The notes under the pieces were generated by a model, which was given only the letters and a program-made list of their open reading frames with translations, was not told the origin of the DNA and did no database searches. Source: Azolla caroliniana (taxonomy: Eukaryota; Plantae; Polypodiophyta). From it: a stretch of DNA of 64,000 nt. The translations under genes were made by a program, and so were the position numbers. This document shows positions 59,873-64,000 of the stretch, one piece after another; within the stretch, counting starts at the first letter, position 1; each line of letters begins with the position of its first letter. The stretch spans positions 18,538,001 through 18,602,000 of the forward strand of contig JBHGNT010000004.1 of NCBI GenBank assembly GCA_043228905.1, in the 5' to 3' direction.

Positions 59873-62800
59873 TTTCTATTGGTTCCCAAGTACGCTCGCT
59901 AGGACTATATCCTAGCCAGTCGACTAGATAGTAGAGCTTGTTGCGAACAAGCTTGGAATCAAGGATGGCGGCAACCTCGTACTCAGGTCCATCTTCAAGC
60001 TCGATCGGGGGTGGAGGCTGTGTAATACGTCGTGGGATGGTGCTTTCTTGATAGGGTTCGAGGAGAGAACTATGAAACACCGGATGTATCCGAAGTTGTG
60101 GAGGTAGATCAAGACGAAAAGCGACATCATTAATCTTTCCAATAATACGGAAAGGACCTAATCGCCAATAATCCAACTTCTCGCATGGGCGAGTAGTCTT
60201 GATGTGTCGTCGGAGTAGCCATACCCGATCTCCAATGTTAAAACTAGATGGGAGTCGATGACGATCCGCATAAACCTTGTGTGTTTGTTGAGCTTGTTGG
60301 AGATGAGTAGATAAATCCACTTGTATCTTGCGTAACCTCTCCAAACGATCCTCTGCGCAAGGATTTGTGGACACCTCTAGGGTTTCAAGTACACACCACC
60401 GGGGGTGACATCCCATATAAGCATAAAATGGTGTAACTTTCGTGGATGCGTGGATAGAGTTGTTATAGGCAAATTCGGTGAAGTGGAGAATATCTACCCA
60501 GTCATCCTGATGATAGCTGAGAAAGCACCGCAGATACTGCTCCAGCTTTTGATTGGTTCGTTCGGCTTGGCCGTCGGTTTGTGGGTGGTCGCCAGAGGAG
60601 AGGTTACAAGTGACCTTGAGCATGTTAAAAAGGTGCTTCCAGAATTTTGACACGAACTGGGGTCCACGGTCGCTGATGATACTATCGGGAAGTCCATGAT
60701 GCCAACATACTTCACGCATGACAATTTCGGCAGTTTCTTCACTGGAGATCTCCTCAGTACATGGCAAGAAATAGCCATCTTCGTATATCAATCGACCACC
60801 GTTAGAATCGCATTGAACCCCTTAGAGACTGGAAGATCTGTGATGAAGTCTAGAGCAATGGATTGCCACGGCTTGCTTGGAATTGGTAATGGTTCTAATA
60901 AACCATATGGATGATGCCTTGGCATTTTCGCTCTGCAGCATGTATCACAAGTCCAAAAAAAATCCTCGACAAATTGTCACATACAGGGCCACCAGAATGA
61001 TCGTTGTACTAAATGTAGTGTTTTAGTACTACCAAAATGCCCAGTTGTATGTGTCATGAGAGTTTTGTACTACTTGAAGGCAGCAAGAACCATTAGGAAC
61101 ATACAAAAGTTCTTTAAAGAAGAGTAATCCATCATGGTATTTGAATTGCCGATAGTCCGTACCTGGTGGTTGCGACTGTGAACACGACGCTCGAGAGGGA
61201 TCAATTTGTGCTAGTATAGCTTGGGCGAACGCATCTTTCTTCAAGTCTTCGCGTATGGTATCGATAACGCAAGAATCCATGGGCATGTCAAAGATCTTTG
61301 TTGCTTGTAGTCGTGCCGGTCCCAAGATGACTTGTTTTTGGTTATCGAAAGCTGGCTCGCCGGGACGGGGTGCTAGATACGAACGCCGTGATAATGCATT
61401 TGTCTTCCCTTGGTGCTTCCCCGGACGATATGTAATTTTGAAGTCGAAACGCGTGAGGAAGTGGGCCCACCGAGCTTGACGTCGATTCAACACACGAGCA
61501 TCCTGAAAGTAGGCAAGGTTCTTGTGGTCACTAAATACGGTGACCGGATGAGAGGATCCCTCCAGAAAATGCCTCCATTGCATAAAAGAATCCACTATTG
61601 CCAGTAGCTCCTTATCATGAATTTCGTAGTTGATTTCGGCGGCGTGAAACTTGCGTGAGTGAAAAGCCACTGGATGTAGCTTCTCATCATTCCCCTGTTG
61701 TGATAGAATGCTCCCCAATGCAAAATCCGATGTGTCAGCTTCGATAATAAATGGTTTTTCCAGATCGACATGAGCTAGAATTGGAGCCGATGTAAATGCC
61801 TTTTTAAGACTCTCGAAAGCCACGTCCGTTTCTTCAGACCAAATGAATGGTTGTCCCTTCCTGGTAAGTTGTGTGAGAGGTAGAACGATCTTTGAGTAAT
61901 CTTGTATGAACTTCCGGTAAAAATTGGCAAAGCCTAGGAAGCATTGCACATCCCGCACCGAACGTGGAGTTTGCCATTATACCACCGTTTTGACCTTAGC
62001 TGGGTCCATGGAGATGCCTTCTGACGAAATGATGTAGCCGAGAAATTCCACTTGGTTGCACCCGAAACTACATTTTTCCAGCTTTGCATACAGACCATGT
62101 TCTCGAAGTCGTTTTAGTACTAATAGTACATGAGAATCATGTTCTTCTTGGGTCTTTGAATAAACCAGTAGATCATCCAAATAGATGATCAAACAATCAT
62201 CCAATAGATCTCGGAATATATCATTAGCCATGTGTTGGAAGACTGCCAGTGCATTAGTGAGGCCGAACTGCATGACCGTATACTCGAAGTGCCCATATCT
62301 GGTGCGAAACGCGGTCTTCCATTCGTCTCCTAGTCGGATCCGTACGAGGTTATATGCTCCCCGTAAGTCGATCTTCGTGAAGAACCTGGCACCATTGATC
62401 CATTCTAAAAGACTTGAGATAAGGGGAAGAGCATACCTATTCCTGATTGTAACCTTATTCAAGCCACGGTAATCTACAACAAGACGAAGCGATCCATCCT
62501 TTTTCTTGACGAAGAAAATGGGCACGCCGGCTGGAGATTTCGAATGCCGAATGAAACCATTTTCCAAATTCTCCTCTATATAGGCCCGAAGGACTTCCAG
62601 CTCGGTTGGTGACAAATTGTAGATCGGTCCCCATGGCGGCACTTTTCCCGGTTGTAAATCGATGGGGCAATCGTACGGTCGATGATGAGGAAGTGTGTTG
62701 GCTTTTACTTTATCGAACACATCGGCGTAATGACGATACTTCTCGGGAAGTTGAACGGTGGATCCTTCTTTAGTGGTGCTGGAGGGGTTTACTGATATTG

Positions 62801-63334
62801 CAAAGAGGAACATTTCCTCCTTGTGCCCTTCTTTACGCAACTGACGTAGCGAAATGGTTGCCATCTTCTGAGTTGACCCTTGGGTTTGTCGACACCTGAT
62901 TTCTCTTGTTCTCCAATCTATGTCTGGGTTATGTAACTTGAACCACGGTAATCCTAAAACTATGGGATGTTCTGGGATACTAATAATATTAAATGATACT
63001 ACACATGCTAAGTTATCTAGGACAATATTAATGGGCTCTGACTCTTCTATGATATTTCCGGAAGCAATGGGACGTCCATCAATGACTACTACAGAGGCTG
63101 GACACTGGAGTTTTCTTAGGGATATCTTATGAGCTTGAGCAAATTTCTTATCCATAAAGCAGGAGTTAGCTCCGGAATCTAGGAGTGCTAGGACATGTAC
63201 TGGAGGGGTACTTTTAGTACTAACTATTACTTGGGCTACGAACACATCACTAACTTACTTAGAGGGAATGGAACCACTAATGGGTTGCACAGATCTAGGG
63301 CTGTCCAACCAAACGGCTCCTATTTTGGCTGGAC
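59873..63334 (-). pseudogene. pol: pol of the second Tcn1-like copy
   Basis: ALLDSGAN, IDLRGAY, YLDD, ADTSD, HPQTDGQ, IHPVFHSSLL and chromodomain motifs; stops between domains. Confidence 0.94.
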
Positions 63335-64000
63335 TTAGTCGTTTAACTCTTCTTCTAACTGACTAAGGACATCAAATCTGTTTGCTAGATCTGGGCTATT
63401 AGTACTATTAGGACTATCAGATATCCCTACTGAAATAGGCTCGGGTTTAGTACAATTAGAACTAGCGACTATTTGGTTTACCTATCTTCTTGGCCTATGG
63501 GGGCAATTTATTGCAATATGTCCTGGTCCACCGCAGTAAAGACATAGTCGATTTGTACGGCGTCGCTGCTTTTCTTCTTCGGATAATGGCCCTCGACGAC
63601 GTGTAGTGTCAATCTCCATCGGAGTCGGAGTATTCACTGGAGGCGCATTATATGACTCCCTCGGAAAAGGTCTTGCTACCACTGAGGCGTAGGTGGGCTC
63701 TGATCTTGCCCTCGGCATCTGTAGTTGTCGTTCCGAACGTCGCTCAAAGAGGCGGTTGTCACATCTCACCGCGCGACTGATTGCTTTTGTTAAGGACTTT
63801 GGCTCTTCGGGGAAGGTCAAGAGTAAATCCTTGACGTCGTTGCATAAACCATAACGGAATTGCTCCATCAACGCTTGATCATCCCAAGGGATATCGGCGG
63901 TGAGTAGGCGAAAATCTGCAGCATATGCGGAGGCTGGACGACCGGTCACCTTGGCGTAATCGCCGAATTTTGTTGATTGCGGTCCTGATGCTGTCAGTAT

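Larger units (their letters stand above)
56057..64000 (-). mobile_element. Second Tcn1-like chromovirus copy; 5' end beyond the window; LINE inserted in its chromodomain
   Basis: 3' LTR at 56057-56490, PPT 56491-56503, INT/CHD 59873-60790, RH and RT 61029-63245, gag to the window end; colinear with 5575-10120. Confidence 0.95.

Overview
This window contains no recognisable host gene. It is almost entirely nested, mostly degenerate eukaryotic retrotransposons; the lineages suggest a non-seed land plant, probably a moss (inference). Present are at least four Ty1/copia families (called A, B, C and F here), a Tcn1-like chromovirus gypsy in two copies, two related non-chromovirus gypsy families (D, E) plus a related solo LTR, a TRIM, and two RTE/RTEX-like LINE families. 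Matching target-site duplications (TSDs) resolve nesting up to about six layers deep. The most notable signals are: (1) antisense tRNA-like A-box/B-box cassettes in the U3 of two unrelated gypsy LTR families; (2) a conserved -1 frameshift signal with a predicted pseudoknot placed after the protease in D/E; (3) a self-priming PBS and a gag-pol frameshift signal in the chromovirus; (4) a duplicated PPT bracketing a charged C-terminal pol extension in copia B; (5) PPT-enclosing hairpins in three copia families; (6) a TRIM traceable to copia F; and (7) LINEs that share a covarying 3' hairpin and sit in TC-rich tracts. All alignments and folds were done by eye. Family letters are local labels and lineage names are tentative.
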